From the NCBI RefSeq assembly GCF_964204645.1, contig NC_134031.1:12278088-12342087 (forward strand): 64,000 nt of DNA, written 5' to 3'. Numbering within the stretch: the first letter of the stretch is position 1; every line of letters begins with the position of its first letter. Origin of the DNA: Tubulanus polymorphus (Eukaryota > Animalia > Nemertea). The notes beneath the pieces were generated by a model. That model was not told where the DNA came from. It searched no databases and was given only the letters and a program-made list of their open reading frames with translations. The position numbers and the translations under genes were made by a program. Shown here piece by piece: positions 13,548-26,659 of this stretch.

Positions 13548-14029
13548 TTGGATTGTACACTAAATCTCACTATGGGACAGCCTTTGAAGTGTTGCCCCCA
13601 CACTGTAAGGAGCCAGCAGGACTTGAACACACATGTCTCATCTCTCGTAAACTTAGCCAGGGCCCGGTTTCACAAACGAGGATTGACTTTTAATCCGAAT
13701 TTAAAATGCTCAATTCGATTGAGCTATATCGATTAAATCTCGTTTCATAAACGCAAATTAGCGCTAAATTAACTAATTCGAATAATCTCAAAATTCCGAA
13801 TTAACTTCCCATAATGCATTAGTCCTATAACATGAACAAAGTTTCATTCATAAATGCCCCAATTGCTAAGTATTGTAGGATTTTTTGGTGGTACGGTGAA
13901 ATTGAATTGGATCATTTCGCATATTCTTTGAATTCTTTCTCCAATGAGATTTTATATAAATTCCAACTAGGGGTCCAGGGACACCATGTCCACTTGGGAA
14001 GTGGTTTCAAATGCTCAATAATCTAACAA

Positions 14030-14620
14030 TTTCAATACATAACGCACACTAGTGACAATATACAAAAACCAATGACCTTGAAACCCAACACAATCATAGA
14101 ACATGTCAGCAGCTATGATTTTGTAATTGATTGTGATAACAAAATATGCCTCGTTACCAATTTAATATGGAAATACTAAGTATTCTACTATTCAACGCCC
14201 CCTGGTGACCATATGCAAAACCCAATGACCTTAAAACTCACCAAAAGCGTATTACATGTCATGAAATACAACTTTGTCTTTGTTATTGATCATGGTAACA
14301 AAATATGCCTATGTACCAATCTAATAAGGTAATACTAAGCTATTCTACTATTCAACGCCCCCTGGTGACTATATGGAATAACTAATGTCCTTAAAAAATG
14401 GAAGATGTCATGAGCTACAACTTTGCAATTGATTGTGGTAACAAAATATTTATAGGTACAAATATAATATAGAAATACTAAGTTATTGTATTATTCAACG
14501 CCTCCTGGTGGCCACATACAAAAACCAATGAACTTGAAACTCACCAAAATCATAGAACACGTTATGGGCTACAACTTTCCAATTGAATATAGTAACACAA
14601 TATGCTTGGAAAAACTTTTT
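14030..14620. repeat. About 4 degenerate 150-160 bp tandem units, probably internal core repeats of a HINE-like element
   Basis: Recurring tattcaacgccccctggtg...ccaatgaccttgaaac...aacaaaatatgcc units at about 14040, 14189, 14349 and 14492. Confidence 0.7.
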
Positions 14621-15799
14621 CCCACCTACGAATGAGTACTGATGACACCAAGATGGCCGCCAAATGCGTCATAATTGGCTGAAATACCTGTCTCAGGTAT
14701 AAAACATACCTTTCCAAAGAATACCCATCACAAATTGCAATGAGAAATGGCAAACCAGTAGGAAGCTGCAGGACCTAGAATTCTGACCAAAATTGACATT
14801 TTTGGGCACTAAAAAGGTCATAGGACGGCCATCTTAAGTAAGATCGACCCAATTTTTCTTATGCTGATGAACCCTTGGTAGATTCAAATAGAAACAAAAG
14901 ATCAAGGTAATTGATCAAATTGTCAACTAATTTGAGTTTTGTCATTGTTTGCATTCGAGTCTTCTCCAAAAAGCGTGCAGTAGGCCTAGCCCATTTTCGA
15001 AGTAACTAATTCAAGTTAGCCGATTTAATGCTGCTCCGAAAAAATCGAAAATTAACCTCATAATTTTAATTCACATTAGCAAACTAACCCGAATTAGAGG
15101 CTTAATCTCCGTTAGAAAGAAACAATTCTAAATGTGTATGTCTACGCTTGACCATTTCGACACTTCAAGTGTAGGTCAGTAGATGAATGTCTGTGTACGC
15201 GGTAAAAACACTTATCTGCTCCGTGGGAAGCGTAATTATCTTTTACATGTAACTGATATATAAACGGTAAACGCAATATTGCAACAATGCTATCGACGCG
15301 CGTCATGCAATTAGTAATATCGTCACTGTGTTGCAAACTAAATACAGATGATCTGGTTCCAAAAACCACGTTCACTAACGTAACAAATGAGTTCAATTGA
15401 TGACACTTTACCATCTTTAATTACTTAACAATAGTTGGACAATTTTCAGCGTTGCTCAGACTAGGGATCTCCATATACTGCATGTGGTATTCTCACTGTG
15501 GAAACGCTGAATAAGCTACGGTTGGTGTACACTACCTGAAGGCGCTGATATTTTTTCAGTGCATAAATGAAATGAAATGAAATTTACCAAAATGCCTTAT
15601 TTGCATCAAAATGCCTTGCTTGTTAGGTGGAACATGTTAAAAAACTTCGACTTTGCCGTTAATATTTCTTGCAACTGTGATTGAAGATCCTCCTTGGTAA
15701 AGTCGATGTCAATGAGTGGTATAATCAGGGCTGAAATATCTTGCCAAATAATTTACGCTGCTTTTTACGGTAAAGAGTAAATATAAAATATAATTAGTA

Positions 15800-17122
15800 G
15801 CTTCGACAATGGTAATTGCACAATTGGAGTCTACTTTCATCTGACTAAAGCGTTTGACTCGCTTGATATCCCAAAGTTAATATATAAATTAGATAAGTAT
15901 GGAATAAGAGGAATTCCTAGCTGATGTCGGATACGGAATTCCTCAGGGCTCTATACTCGGACCACTGCCTTTTCTCATATATGTGAACGATGCCCATCAA
16001 GTTTTAAAATACTGTAAAAGTATATCATTCGCAGACGACACTAGCATATATATTACCGGAAAGAATCTTAACACTATAATAAATCTTCTGAAAGATGACC
16101 TATCTACACTGATTGATTGGTTCCAGGCTACCAAATTAACAGCCAATTTCAAGAAAACTAATTGCATGATTTTAAGGCCAAGAAGTAAAACATATTCGGC
16201 ACTGAGAAAATAAGATCAGTAAAACAGTGTAAATTTTTAGGAGTACTTATTGATGAAAATCTATTTTGTGACCAACAATTAAAACAAACCTGTTTAAAAA
16301 ACAATAGAAACTTGTATTTATTAAGAAGAATAAAAAAATTTATACCTGCTTGGAGTAAGAAACTGTTGTACTATGGCTATATACATACACTATCTATGCA
16401 GTGCATTTATCTTATGCAGTGACATCATGGGGCAATCTTCTCTCAAAAAAAGCAAATAGACACCATTTTCAAATTGCAGATAAAGCTGTCTATCATATAT
16501 CGATAACAGCCGCTATAATGCCCCATATCCCACTTATTAAGAAAATATGATATCCTATTGTAGACTTAATAAATTTAGACCTCGCAAAAATTGGCTACAA
16601 ATACTTCGAAGGAAAATTGCCCACCCCCAAACGAGCATTGTTCCAACACAACCAAGTAAACCACACACATAACACAAGATCAAGAAAGATCTACAATCTG
16701 CCCGTCACAAAACGAATATGTTCAATAAATCGTTTCTTAACAAAGTTCCATTCATTTGGCAAACAATTGATAACAATATTAGAAAATCTCTTTAAATTGA
16801 TTCATTCACCCGGCTCTACAAAACAGCTCATCAATAGATACTAAATATTCATCCCCTCCTTCAAAAATATTCTATCATGGTATGTTTATGTTTTATAATA
16901 GTTATTGTAGTATTACCATTGTATGTTGTATGTTGTTTTAAAAATAGCTTACCATAGATAAGCCTTATAATATTGATATTTGTCACCGGGGCTCATCCAC
17001 TCTGTACAGAGTTACAGCCTTCAGGCTCTGGACGAGACTTTCATAATTCATTGTAATATTTTGTAAGATAAATTATAATATTAAATTATGTTCTATGAAA
17101 ATAAAATCAATCAATCAATCAA
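15800..17122 (+). mobile_element. 5'-truncated, degraded CR1/L2-group LINE
   Basis: RT motifs LTKAFDSL..KL.KYGIRG, GIPQGSILGPL.FLIYVND, FADDTSIY, KFLGVLIDENL. Ends AATAAA followed by (ATCA)n. Confidence 0.88.
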
Positions 17123-17315
17123 AGAGTAGCGACCGTGTGACACTACAAAGGATGATTGCACATTGCACCTTATCTAAATTCCACAAGTTCTACAAACTAT
17201 AGTTCACTGTGTACTTGTGTTTGGAGCACTCCCGAGTCTCACAGCTATGGGCAACAATCCCCGCCAAAAAGAGGATATTATGTTTCTTGTAGCAAAAAAG
17301 ATAATTGATTGGTGC

Positions 17316-17946
17316 ATAGACATTTTCGCGCCGCGAAGTCATGCGCCGAAATGTCAGTAGATGGCGCCACATACGTATAAATTATGTCGTCCCGGTAACC
17401 TGGGAATAATTCTTTCAGCCGTATCATTTTAGCTGTTTCAATGTTTCGACTAGCAGTTTGCGCGATGTTCTTAAAATGACATATATTTGAGAAACCCCGA
17501 AATGGTTCACCTTTTAAATGGAAGAGCGTTTTCTATCAACCACAGCATATCTCCTCATAGTGCATGCACAGCAGAAGTAAACAAACACACGTGTCTGCTG
17601 CGGTGGATAGAAAATAGGTTTCTTTTCGATTTTCTACCGGTCAGAGCGGGATCGTTTTACTTGTTGTAATGGATAGAAATTAGGTTTCTTTCCAATTGTT
17701 TAACCATCCAGAGCAGGATCTATAATGCAGGGCTTTCTTTTAATTTTGATTGTTTTCGTTCAAAAAACATATTTCAAAAATTTCAAAAGTATTTTTGTGC
17801 GTATCAACATGCAAACTCATTTCTTTCCTTTTAAAAGATTTTTATGTTTTAGAAATTATTTCTGGGTTTCCCAGGATGACGTCAATTACATGTACATGGA
17901 GCCATCTACTGACATTTCGGCGCATGACTGTGGCGCAGAGATGTCT
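17316..17946. mobile_element. Palindromic MITE
   Basis: About 90-bp imperfect TIR: agtcatgcgccgaaatgtcagtagatggc / gccatctactgacatttcggcgcatgact. Confidence 0.7.
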
Positions 17947-18139
17947 TCATGGGATTGTCGCCTATACACGGCAGCGCTGAATATCGCGAGGTATCAGACT
18001 TGATCAGCGCCTGTGCACTGTACGATCAATATCTCTATATATACGTGTTGGTCGTTACACACACAGAGCGAGTATATTGAGAGTCACCGTAGCAATGCGC
18101 TACAGCTGCTTGAACGAGCGAGTATTGATTATTTTCAAA

Positions 18140-18343
18140 CCAAATTTGAGCACTTATAAACATCAGAATCAAATATAAACCAAGCTGCACCATCTACCCC
18201 AGGTACAGAATCTATGTATCAATTTACAGAATTATCGGTCAACACAAACAGCTTAAATTGTATCAAAAAGAAACATCCACAGACAGACAGACATCACAAA
18301 GATGCCATAGATGGGTTCGTCTAACGACGAAACCCACCAAAAA
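18140..18343 (-). mobile_element. 5' end of a HINE-like element abutting the smg8 splice donor
   Basis: Terminal hairpin gggtttcgtcgttagacgaaccc after a T-run, followed by a (GTCT)n microsatellite, as in DINE-1/HINE architecture. Confidence 0.6.
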
Positions 18344-18351
18344 CCACTCAC

Positions 18352-18548
18352 TTCAAAAACAGCTTGCACAGGAATCATATTCCGCCGATTGACATTATCT
18401 TCAAATCCTTTCGTTAATGCCAAGTTGATGTGTTGCCACAGAAACTCCCACATATTATGAGAAGAGAAATGATGTGATGAGGATTGCTTTGGATTGTCAA
18501 TTGAATGCAAGTTACGACGTCTTGTCTGATAGCTGTCAGGTCGAAGTC
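18352..18548 (-). CDS. smg8: SMG8 coding exon
   Basis: Acceptor tttttcag, donor gtgagt. Open reading ...MWEFLWQHINLALTKGFEDNVNRRNMIPVQAVFE, cf. SMG8 EFLWQHVELVLSKKGFDDSVGRNPQPSHFE. Phase 1 in, phase 0 out. Confidence 0.9.
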
Positions 18549-19379
18549 CTGAAAAACAATAATGATCAACGTGTCAAAACAATGTGACTTAGATGAGACT
18601 TGTTAATACCAAAAAACAGCTTGTCAAATTGTAAGCAGATTTTCTAGCCTCAGATTTTTACCCCAAAATATCATGATCAGCTTAGTGGACGGATACTATC
18701 TGACCTAAATAATTACTTCCCGAACTAAGTCACTCTAATGCTCCTGAAGATCATCAAAATCAATAAGACTGTTCCATTTTTATTTGAGGTCATTATTTAC
18801 CTCCAATAATCCATTTAGAACTATTTTGTTACTTAGTTTCTTTCATCACCTCATAGCGGCAATCAAATACCACAGTGCTAGTATATTTGCATATACGTGC
18901 ATCAGCAGTCAGCACTCATCGGCAGGCATATATTGTCAGCCTCATACATCGTCAATTAAGACAAACAAATTGAAAAATCAGTGAATTAAAATCTGATGAA
19001 GGGCCTCGGCTTATTGGCCGATGCATTAAGAAATCCCTGTATTTTAGGCTAAAAAACTGCCCTCTGCCGAAAATCGCCGGAAAATGCAGTATGTGTGACA
19101 TTACATCCCCTGGGAAACATATTCAGTTAACATCCTTAGTGTTTATTTTCCGTTTCGTATTATGTTTTAAACATAAACTGAGCATTTTTGGATAGATATT
19201 AATTGCAATTGATAGCACAACTGTTCATCATTGAAACAGCATTTAAATATGTTTAATCACATGTACGATCATTTCAACTAATACGATGAACGTGAATGCA
19301 AAACATTCCCAATTTACATGAAGTTTATTCTAAGATGTACTGTAACAAAACCAATGACATTTTAACTCATTACAGTTCT

Positions 19380-19544
19380 ATAACAGGACATAAGTTACAA
19401 CTTATATCAAATTATAATAATAAGATTTCTGGTCATCTTTCTAAAAGCATTCCTGTGTCCACATCAGATGTTGGGGTTTATGAAATTTCTTGTTTGGATC
19501 GTGATGAATTTCATTTAGGTGAAACTGGTTACTCCCATTCTTGA
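19380..19544 (+). pseudogene. Degenerate Penelope GIY-YIG endonuclease fragment
   Basis: GVYEISCLDRDEFHLGETG parallels GIYKIPCKVCDKVYIGETG of the intact element at about 31500. Confidence 0.7.
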
Positions 19545-19584
19545 AATCAAATTTAGTTAACCTCTGTTAAGCTATGGTCATTAA

Positions 19585-20011
19585 CCCTTAACCTGCCATA
19601 GGCAACTGTAGTCAACACACCGGCCTGGGGAACTGCGGTAGGCGACTCTAATCGACAGCGCGACCTATCTTGCATTTAAAGTTCATTTTTGTGTCACAAG
19701 TGCCTAGCAACGCGTTGAGCCATAGTTCTTAATGCACGACGACACTTGAGAATCGAAACCCGGAAGTAATTTCACATTCTGATATGTTGAAGAATTTTTA
19801 CCTCAAAAACGCCCCTAAATTTTGGTATTTTGTTGGAGCTTCAAATATTCAGAATGTAACAAGAAGCATAATAAAGTGAATGTTCTATGTTCGGTCGTTT
19901 CAATTTTACAGAGTAAACATACAATTATGATTGACGCATGCGCACTGATCAAAAGCGGTCTTCAATGACCGCTTTGGATATTGCAACAAGAATCCGAAAA
20001 GACTTATCAAA
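19585..20011. mobile_element. Left end of a piggyBac-like MITE, cut off where the Polinton begins
   Basis: TTAA|cccttaacctgcc terminus. Similar right ends (ggcag...agggttaa) occur at 71-86 and 102-119, but no matching right end was found downstream. Confidence 0.4.
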
Positions 20012-20280
20012 AGTAGTGAGATATTTTAAATAGAATTCAAATAAAATATATCAAAAATTACATGCCTTTAACTAGTTATTATTTCTATTATATTTTTATT
20101 CAAAATCTATTATTTCTTTTCAAAAGGAGAATACTTTATGTCACAAATAAAAAATACTAAAAAAACAATCACTTCAAATAGCTAGTATTCTTAGTGTTAA
20201 CACTAGTATCAATAACTTTAACTAGCTAGTATCATTTGAAGAATTCTTATAATATTTTTTTCGCTTTATCTCTAATATAA

Positions 20281-20849
20281 ATGTCAAAGAAATCTAATAA
20301 GAATAGTATTGATATTGAAAAGACAATTGAGGATTTAGGTATTACTGGCAATAATGATACAGTTGTTACTAAGTGTGCTCAAGTGGATAATAATATTGAT
20401 TACGAGTACTATTTAACATGTAAGCACCATCTTGAACTATTGATTGCTGGTGGAAAATCTAAAGAATTCTTAAATAGAATTATAACTTATCAAGAACTAG
20501 ATGCCATGAAACCAGATAAAGAAATCAAATCTTTCCAAATATATGAAGCTAGATTAGCTATAATAAATGTCATATAAGTGATGGAATAGGAAAATGTTAT
20601 TCTAAATTATGCAACCGGATAATACCAATTGATGATGAAAATAAATTATATAGTGATTTAAAAAATGACTACTTAGTTATGACAGAATTACAGAAATGGG
20701 TTGGGTACGCGTCATTTCAATTAGGAGGAATAATGACATTGATTTCTACTGGAGTTATAACATTTTCTAAGATTAAACCTATAGTATGTAAAGATAATAA
20801 ATCAGAAGATATTGAAACAGAACAAAAATTAACTAAAATAAATGAGTGA
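20281..20849 (+). pseudogene. Polinton hypothetical gene (one frameshift near 20575)
   Basis: ORF 20281-20577 continues in another frame ...KLYSDLKNDYLVMTELQKWVG...LISTGVITF. ATAAATG start. Confidence 0.65.
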
Positions 20850-21193
20850 TGATATTAAGAAGAAGCCTAGATCTGAAAAACAAGTACAGTGGGCAAAGGA
20901 GTTGGGAAAAAGATCTGCAGCATTAAAAATAAGCTAAGAAAAAGAAATTAACTGATATAAATGAATCACAGAAATTATCTGATATTAATTCGAATGATAA
21001 TCCATCTGATTCTTCTAATACTGGAAGAAATAATTACTTATATATTACAATTGGGTAAATCACAGTAATTATATTCTCTGGTGTAATATATAAATCTAAA
21101 TTCAAATTTAATAATAAAGATGATGATAAACCTATTATACCAGAAAATAAGTCAAATGATAAAGTCATTGAAAATAAACCAAGATTATTATTA
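20842..21193 (+). pseudogene. Polinton small gene with basic N-terminus and hydrophobic segment (disrupted)
   Basis: MSDDIKKKPRSEKQVQWAKELGKRSAALK... then YLYITIG*ITVIIFSGVIY. ATAAATG start. Confidence 0.55.
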
Positions 21194-22173
21194 ATGGATA
21201 AAAATAAGATGAAAAAAGAACAATATTTAAGAGATTTATATTATAACCCAGGGAGTGAAGGATCATTTTCTAGTGTTTCCGAATTATGGGATAAAATTAA
21301 ATCTGATAAAGAAAATATAAAATATAGTGAACTAAGATTATGGTTACAAAATCAACCAACATATCAAATCCATAAGAAAATGGATAAAAATTATTTAACG
21401 AGAAAAGTTATGGTTTCATATATTGATCAACAATGGCAAGCAGATTTGATTGACATGAAGAACTTAGAAGAATACAACAAAGGATATTTCTGGCTATTAA
21501 ATGTTATAGATATATTAAGTAGATACGCATGGAGTATACCAATCAAAAAATAAAACTGGTATAGAAGTTACTAATGCTTTCAAATTAATATTCAAGGAAG
21601 CTATTCCAGACAAGATACAATTTGATGAAGGTAAGGAATTCTATAATAAACATTTAAAAAAATTATTATCTGATAACGATGTAGAGTATTTTTCAACACA
21701 TTCAGATAAAAAAGCATCTATTATAGAAAGATTCAATAAAACATTGAAAACTAGAATGTGGAAATATTTTACTGCTAATAAAACGTATAAATATATCGAT
21801 GTATTAGATGATTTAGTGAAAGGTTATAATAATAAACATAGTTCTATAAACATGAAACCAATACAAGCTAGAAAAGAAGATAATTCAGAAATAGTTTGGA
21901 ATAATTTATATGGAACATGTTACACATTATTTTGGAGAACCTAAATTTAAAATTGGACAATATATTAGATTATCTAAATATCGAAAAACATTTTATAATG
22001 GTTATACTCCAAATTTTATGGAAGAAATATTTAAGATTAAAAAGATAATATCAACTAAACCTTTTGTTTATAAATTAGAAGATTTAAAAGATGAAGAAAT
22101 ATTAGGTTATTTTTATGAACAAGAATTATCACTTGTACCGAATCCAGATGAAATAGAATACAAAATAGAATAA
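21194..22173 (+). pseudogene. Polinton retroviral-like (rve) integrase, frameshifted and truncated at the start of its chromodomain
   Basis: QQWQADLIDM, VIDILSRYAW, IQFDEGKEFYN, KASIIERFNKTLK (D-D-E triad present), YKLEDLKDEEILGYFYEQEL...EYKIE. Confidence 0.92.
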
Positions 22174-23359
22174 ATTGCCCATGGGCAAAGTCAGGTTTAC
22201 CTTGAAAGCTAGAGGTTGTTTGGAATAAGGGCATTGCTTGAAAAATCTTTTTAATTCGTGACTTCAAAGTTCCACAAGTTTATATTGTATTTTATCTTCT
22301 TAAAGAATTATTTTGTAGTCAGATAAGACCAAAGATATACATTTGTTTACAGTCCACGTCCAAAATTTGTAGGGTACAGGTAGGCGCGGCAGGGAAACTA
22401 TTTTATAATTTCCAAAAAATGTGTTTCACAATATGAAAAAATATTCAAATAAGGCCATCCCAAAATAATTGTCTGTTTGCCGCAACACCGACTCAACTTT
22501 TCAGGATGAGTCGGTAGGTAGGTAGAAATTTCTTTTGCAAAATTTTTGGGCAAAAAAAAAACAAATTTTTCACATTCGGCCTTTTTTACATGGAAACGAT
22601 ATTGGAAAAAAAAATCATCTACGTTGTGCAAGGGAAATTTGTCTAATAGCGTAGATTTCAAGAATTATTCTAAAATTATAGCTTCGTCCAGAGAGTCATC
22701 TCTGAAATGAAACAGTACATTGAATATGTGCGCGCTTTTACGTTACCAGCTTTAATATTGTCACTATTAGAACGAATGGCAGCTTATTGGAACACTGGCA
22801 GTTTCCTGGAAAACTTAAACTAGGCCACATCTCAAGGCATGTTTTCACACGATGCACACTTGAATTCAAACATACGTAGCTCATACGTCGGCAGTGGGTA
22901 GGTCGGTCGACAGCGCTCATCTTCTGCTATGATTATTCAGCCTATTTTCACGTCAAACGTGCACGCGTTACAGCATCACCCTTAGAAGTAGCGTACTGTA
23001 CGAGCTTGTGTGTGTGTGGTGTGGCACTCCGCGTGCATGGGAGGCCTCGTGTAAGTGAATATTCGCTTACACCTCAATGTCAATCAAAACACCAGCATTT
23101 GAAATCGCCACGTATACGGCACCTAGTCCAATGAAACGTACGCCATTCTATGGCTTCCCCTTAATTATTTTAGTAGCGCCGGAATTCCCGGTATATTCCA
23201 AAAACAGCCAATCTATTCGCTGGTAGAGACGACGCCCCCAATCGAGGTCATTGCAATTTTATACGCGAGAGCTAAGAATTTTCCTACCAAAACAGTTTTT
23301 CGTAGAATTTTAACTCAGTCGACCATGTCATCGACGGAGGTTGGCCTGTGTCTAAAGTT

Positions 23360-23792
23360 ATCTTTTTCAATATGGTAACTTGAGAAATAATCTAAAAATA
23401 TTTTTCTGTACCACCGATAATCTAATATATTCATTTTATTGAATTTTGGATTCATAATTAATGGATTTTCTATTACATTATCTGTACCTGTTTATGTTTA
23501 ATTGAGTATCTATGATTATGGTATTAATTAAATCTTTTCTTTCTGGTCTAGTTTTAATTATTATCTCATCGCGGGTTCTTAAATAATCTATTAATTTTTC
23601 ACTTGTTTCAGTATCATCTTTAAATTCATCATAATCATATAATATAGGCCCACTAGAATCATCTTCACCTAAATTAGTATTATATGCTGCAACACCATCA
23701 TTTTCAATATTAGTTTCATTAAAATCAGGTTGTGGTTCATCACTTATACCAGGGGTGTCACCAAAAGTATCCATTGGGATATCGTCCTCCAT
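23360..23792 (-). pseudogene. Polinton hypothetical gene with acidic N-terminus, truncated
   Basis: MEDDIPMDTFGDTPG..., ATAAATG start, same composition as neighbouring genes. Runs into unrelated sequence at about 23355. Confidence 0.55.
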
Positions 23793-23807
23793 TTATATAA
23801 TAGAAAA

Positions 23808-25194
23808 TTAAAATTCAAAATATAATATTCCTCCTATTACAATTCCTATGCAAGTTATAGCTAATTTAGTATTTTCATGGGATTTATTATCATTATTAGT
23901 TTTAATAATATCATGTTGTATAATAACAGTTTTTATATTTACTGTAGTATTTTAATCTTTTATTTTAGAATCATAACCCAATTTAATATTCTTAGTTTTA
24001 GTTTCAATTGATTGAATATGATTTTTAATTTTTTCACCTTCCATTAATTTTGGAGCAGTAATAATCTTTTTATTTATGTCATTTAACCCAAACTTATTAT
24101 TCATTGTTGCAGTCTTAATTAAATTATTATAACCAATTATATTTCCCATTTTAAAAACTAAATCATTAGAAATAATTAATAAATTAGGGCCTATACATTA
24201 ATTTAATTTTACATGAGATTTATCTAAATAAATTTGATATCTTATAATGTTTTCTGGAATCGATCTATTTTCATCATTATGGATTGAATCTTCAAATAAA
24301 ACTTTAAATTGTTCCTGTGTATCAAATGATGTATTTAAATTTCCAATTATTGGGGATCTTGTTTCAACTTGTGCACCTAGAATACATATCAAAAAAGTTC
24401 TAATTGATTAATTTATTCTTTGTATACCAGCTTTAGTAAATCCTTCACTATTTTCTAAAAAAAATAAACCCAACCATTATTGTTTTCTTGTTTTAAATTA
24501 TCATGGAATTTCGGTAATTTATTAAAATTTAATGTTTCTAAATCCTTAGTTTCTATTTTACAATAACCTAATTTATTATTATAGATATTGTAATAACTAT
24601 TAGATGGTATGGGAAGTGCGCAATATTGCACAATATTTTTAGGGCAAGGAAGTGATCTAATTGTTCCAAGTTATATTCTAAAATCAGAATTATTTATATC
24701 TATATTAAATTCATCAAAATTTTATAAAACTTTGATAAATTAATATAATTATCTAATTCTTTAAAATATCTAGATCCTGGTAAAAGACACTCTAATTCAT
24801 TTAATATTAATCTTATTTGAAAGTATGTATGAAATCTAAATAAACTTTGAATTAATTTATATTTTGAATTATTTAAATGATCATTCCAACTAATACCACA
24901 ACCTGTTGTTGCTCAATAAACTGCAAAATTTAATTGGTTCTGCCAATATTTCATATTAGATTTTAATAACCATTGTTTTTCATCTTTCAATTTTTGAAAA
25001 TTAATTAAATATTCATGAAATATATTTTCCATCTTTACATTTAAATTATTTGTTTCAGTAACAAAAATATCTAAATAAATTAATGAATTTAAAACTTCAT
25101 TTCTATATGAAATATCTTTATTAAAATCTATTGCTGGAATATTATATTTAATTGATTTATTATATTGAAAAGCTTTTGGAAAACTAATTGCCAT
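23808..25194 (-). pseudogene. Polinton conserved hypothetical gene (about 460 codons, multiply frameshifted) with C-terminal transmembrane segment
   Basis: YWQNQLNFAVY*ATTGCGISWNDHL; ILGAQVETRSPIIG..TSFDTQEQFKVLFED; ends KLAITCIGIVIGGILYFEF*. Confidence 0.7.
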
Positions 25195-25601
25195 TTATAT
25201 AATAAAAAATTAATAATTAATTCTTTTGATAATTTATCCTGCTCTTGAATTGTTATATTTCCATTCAAATTTATTATATAATCAAATGTATTTTTTAATT
25301 TACTTAATTCTTTTATATTAGATTTTATTTTTTCTTTATTACCTTTTATATTTAATTTTGAACTTATTCCAGTTAATACACTTGATGATAATCCTAGCAT
25401 GCCAATTGAGATAGCTAAAGGCGTAAATGGTGAGAATAATGCTAAAAATGTTATTACAGAACTAATTGTAACTGAACCACTAATAATAAAACAATATATA
25501 ATTTTCCTTTTTAAATATTTTTTCTTTTTAACTTTTAAATCATTTTCAAATTCTAATATTTTTTTTTCAACTTTATCAATATTATCAACTTTATCGCCCA
25601 T
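25128..25601 (-). CDS. Polinton small membrane protein (coiled coil, two hydrophobic segments, coiled coil)
   Basis: 157-aa ORF with ATAAATG start and hydrophobic segment IIYCFIISGSVTISSVITFLALFSPFTPLAISIGMLGLSSSVL. Confidence 0.65.
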   Translation of the reverse strand: MGDKVDNIDKVEKKILEFENDLKVKKKKYLKRKIIYCFIISGSVTISSVITFLALFSPFTPLAISIGMLGLSSSVLTGISSKLNIKGNKEKIKSNIKELSKLKNTFDYIINLNGNITIQEQDKLSKELIINFLLYKWQLVFQKLFNIINQLNIIFQQ

Positions 25602-25618
25602 TTATTTAGCAAAAAAAA

Positions 25619-26044
25619 TTACTTATTAGTAAATTTATATGCTACAAATATAATTATAACAGTTCCGCCTAAAATCCAAATTATTTCATATTTCTTCTGT
25701 TCACTACTAGGGGTATAATAATCTGATAATTTAGGTTTGTATAGATGTAATTTTTCTTTATTTGTTACTGCGTTATATAAACTCATAGCATCATCGACTG
25801 ATTGAAAATCTCTATGTGGAATTTTCTGATTATATAATTCTTTATTAATGCAATCCATATAGTTTTGTCTTTTTTCTCTATATTTTCCTGCTGCTTTATT
25901 ATATTTCTCTAATGCTAAGTTATGTCTTTTCTGTTCTGATAATGAACCATTTTTATCAATATGCTTAAATAAATATCCACCACCTGTAAATGCTAAAGCG
26001 TTAACAATTGTTGATCCTATAATAGTTATAATTGCAGATGCCAT
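25619..26044 (-). CDS. Polinton small protein with hydrophobic N- and C-termini
   Basis: Intact 141-aa ORF MASAIITIIGSTIVNALAFTGGGYLF...EQKRHNLALEKY...IIWILGGTVIIIFVAY. ATAAATG start. Confidence 0.75.
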   Translation of the reverse strand: MASAIITIIGSTIVNALAFTGGGYLFKHIDKNGSLSEQKRHNLALEKYNKAAGKYREKRQNYMDCINKELYNQKIPHRDFQSVDDAMSLYNAVTNKEKLHLYKPKLSDYYTPSSEQKKYEIIWILGGTVIIIFVAYKFTNK

Positions 26045-26067
26045 TTATTTAGCAAATAATTATGTAT

Positions 26068-26289
26068 TTATATAGGAGGAATATATTTTTGTTTTTCTAA
26101 ATAATCAATAGTTAAATGAGATAAAGTAACTGCTAAGGTTAATTTTAAAACATCATTAATATAAAATCTATCAACATTAATATTTCCCATTTTAAATACT
26201 TTCTTCAATAACATTGTATAACCAACAGTTCCAACTGATAATAAAGCTCCATTATATAACCCATTTATTATCCACTTCTGATCCGCCAT
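26068..26289 (-). CDS. Polinton small hydrophobic protein
   Basis: Intact 73-aa ORF ending DYLEKQKYIPPI. Its ATG directly follows the upstream stop codon (TAAATG). Confidence 0.7.
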   Translation of the reverse strand: MADQKWIINGLYNGALLSVGTVGYTMLLKKVFKMGNINVDRFYINDVLKLTLAVTLSHLTIDYLEKQKYIPPI

Positions 26290-26649
26290 TTATTTAGAAA
26301 AAAAATTACTATCTTCAAAATAATTAGCTATCTTATTTATAATTATTCCAACATTTATTTCATTACTACTTTTATGATTATCATATATTTCAGTTATTAT
26401 TTTTCTAATATCATCAATAATGAAATCTTCATCTAATTCATAAAATCTTAAAGAATTTCTAATTAAATCAGTAATCTTTTCTACATTATAAGTTTCTATA
26501 CTTATTGTTGTTTCATATTCAAATATTGTTTCAGTAGTAAATACAATATTTTTAATATGTGTAATGAAATCATTAATATCAAATTTCATTTCTTTCTCAC
26601 GTTTAAAATCAGATCCAAAACATATACTCGGTCCTACAGTTATATTCAT
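26290..26649 (-). CDS. Polinton hypothetical protein
   Basis: Intact 119-aa ORF in the tandem gene array. ATAAATG start. Confidence 0.6.
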   Translation of the reverse strand: MNITVGPSICFGSDFKREKEMKFDINDFITHIKNIVFTTETIFEYETTISIETYNVEKITDLIRNSLRFYELDEDFIIDDIRKIITEIYDNHKSSNEINVGIIINKIANYFEDSNFFSK

Positions 26650-26659
26650 TTATAGAGTG

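Noticed and set aside
11415-14620. CRISPR-like repeat arrays
   Set aside because: The repeats are irregular transposon subterminal or core repeats with no unique fixed-length spacers and no cas genes, in a eukaryotic context.
14710-14765. Candidate next smg8 exon beginning LPT
   Set aside because: Weak acceptor, lies in repeat-derived sequence, and has no further similarity to the expected LPT...W...A..LY. The next exon is probably outside the window.
18990-19030. Additional hammerhead (ctgatgaagggcc...ggccgatgc)
   Set aside because: The GAAA core is missing. At most a dead relic near the old Penelope fragment.
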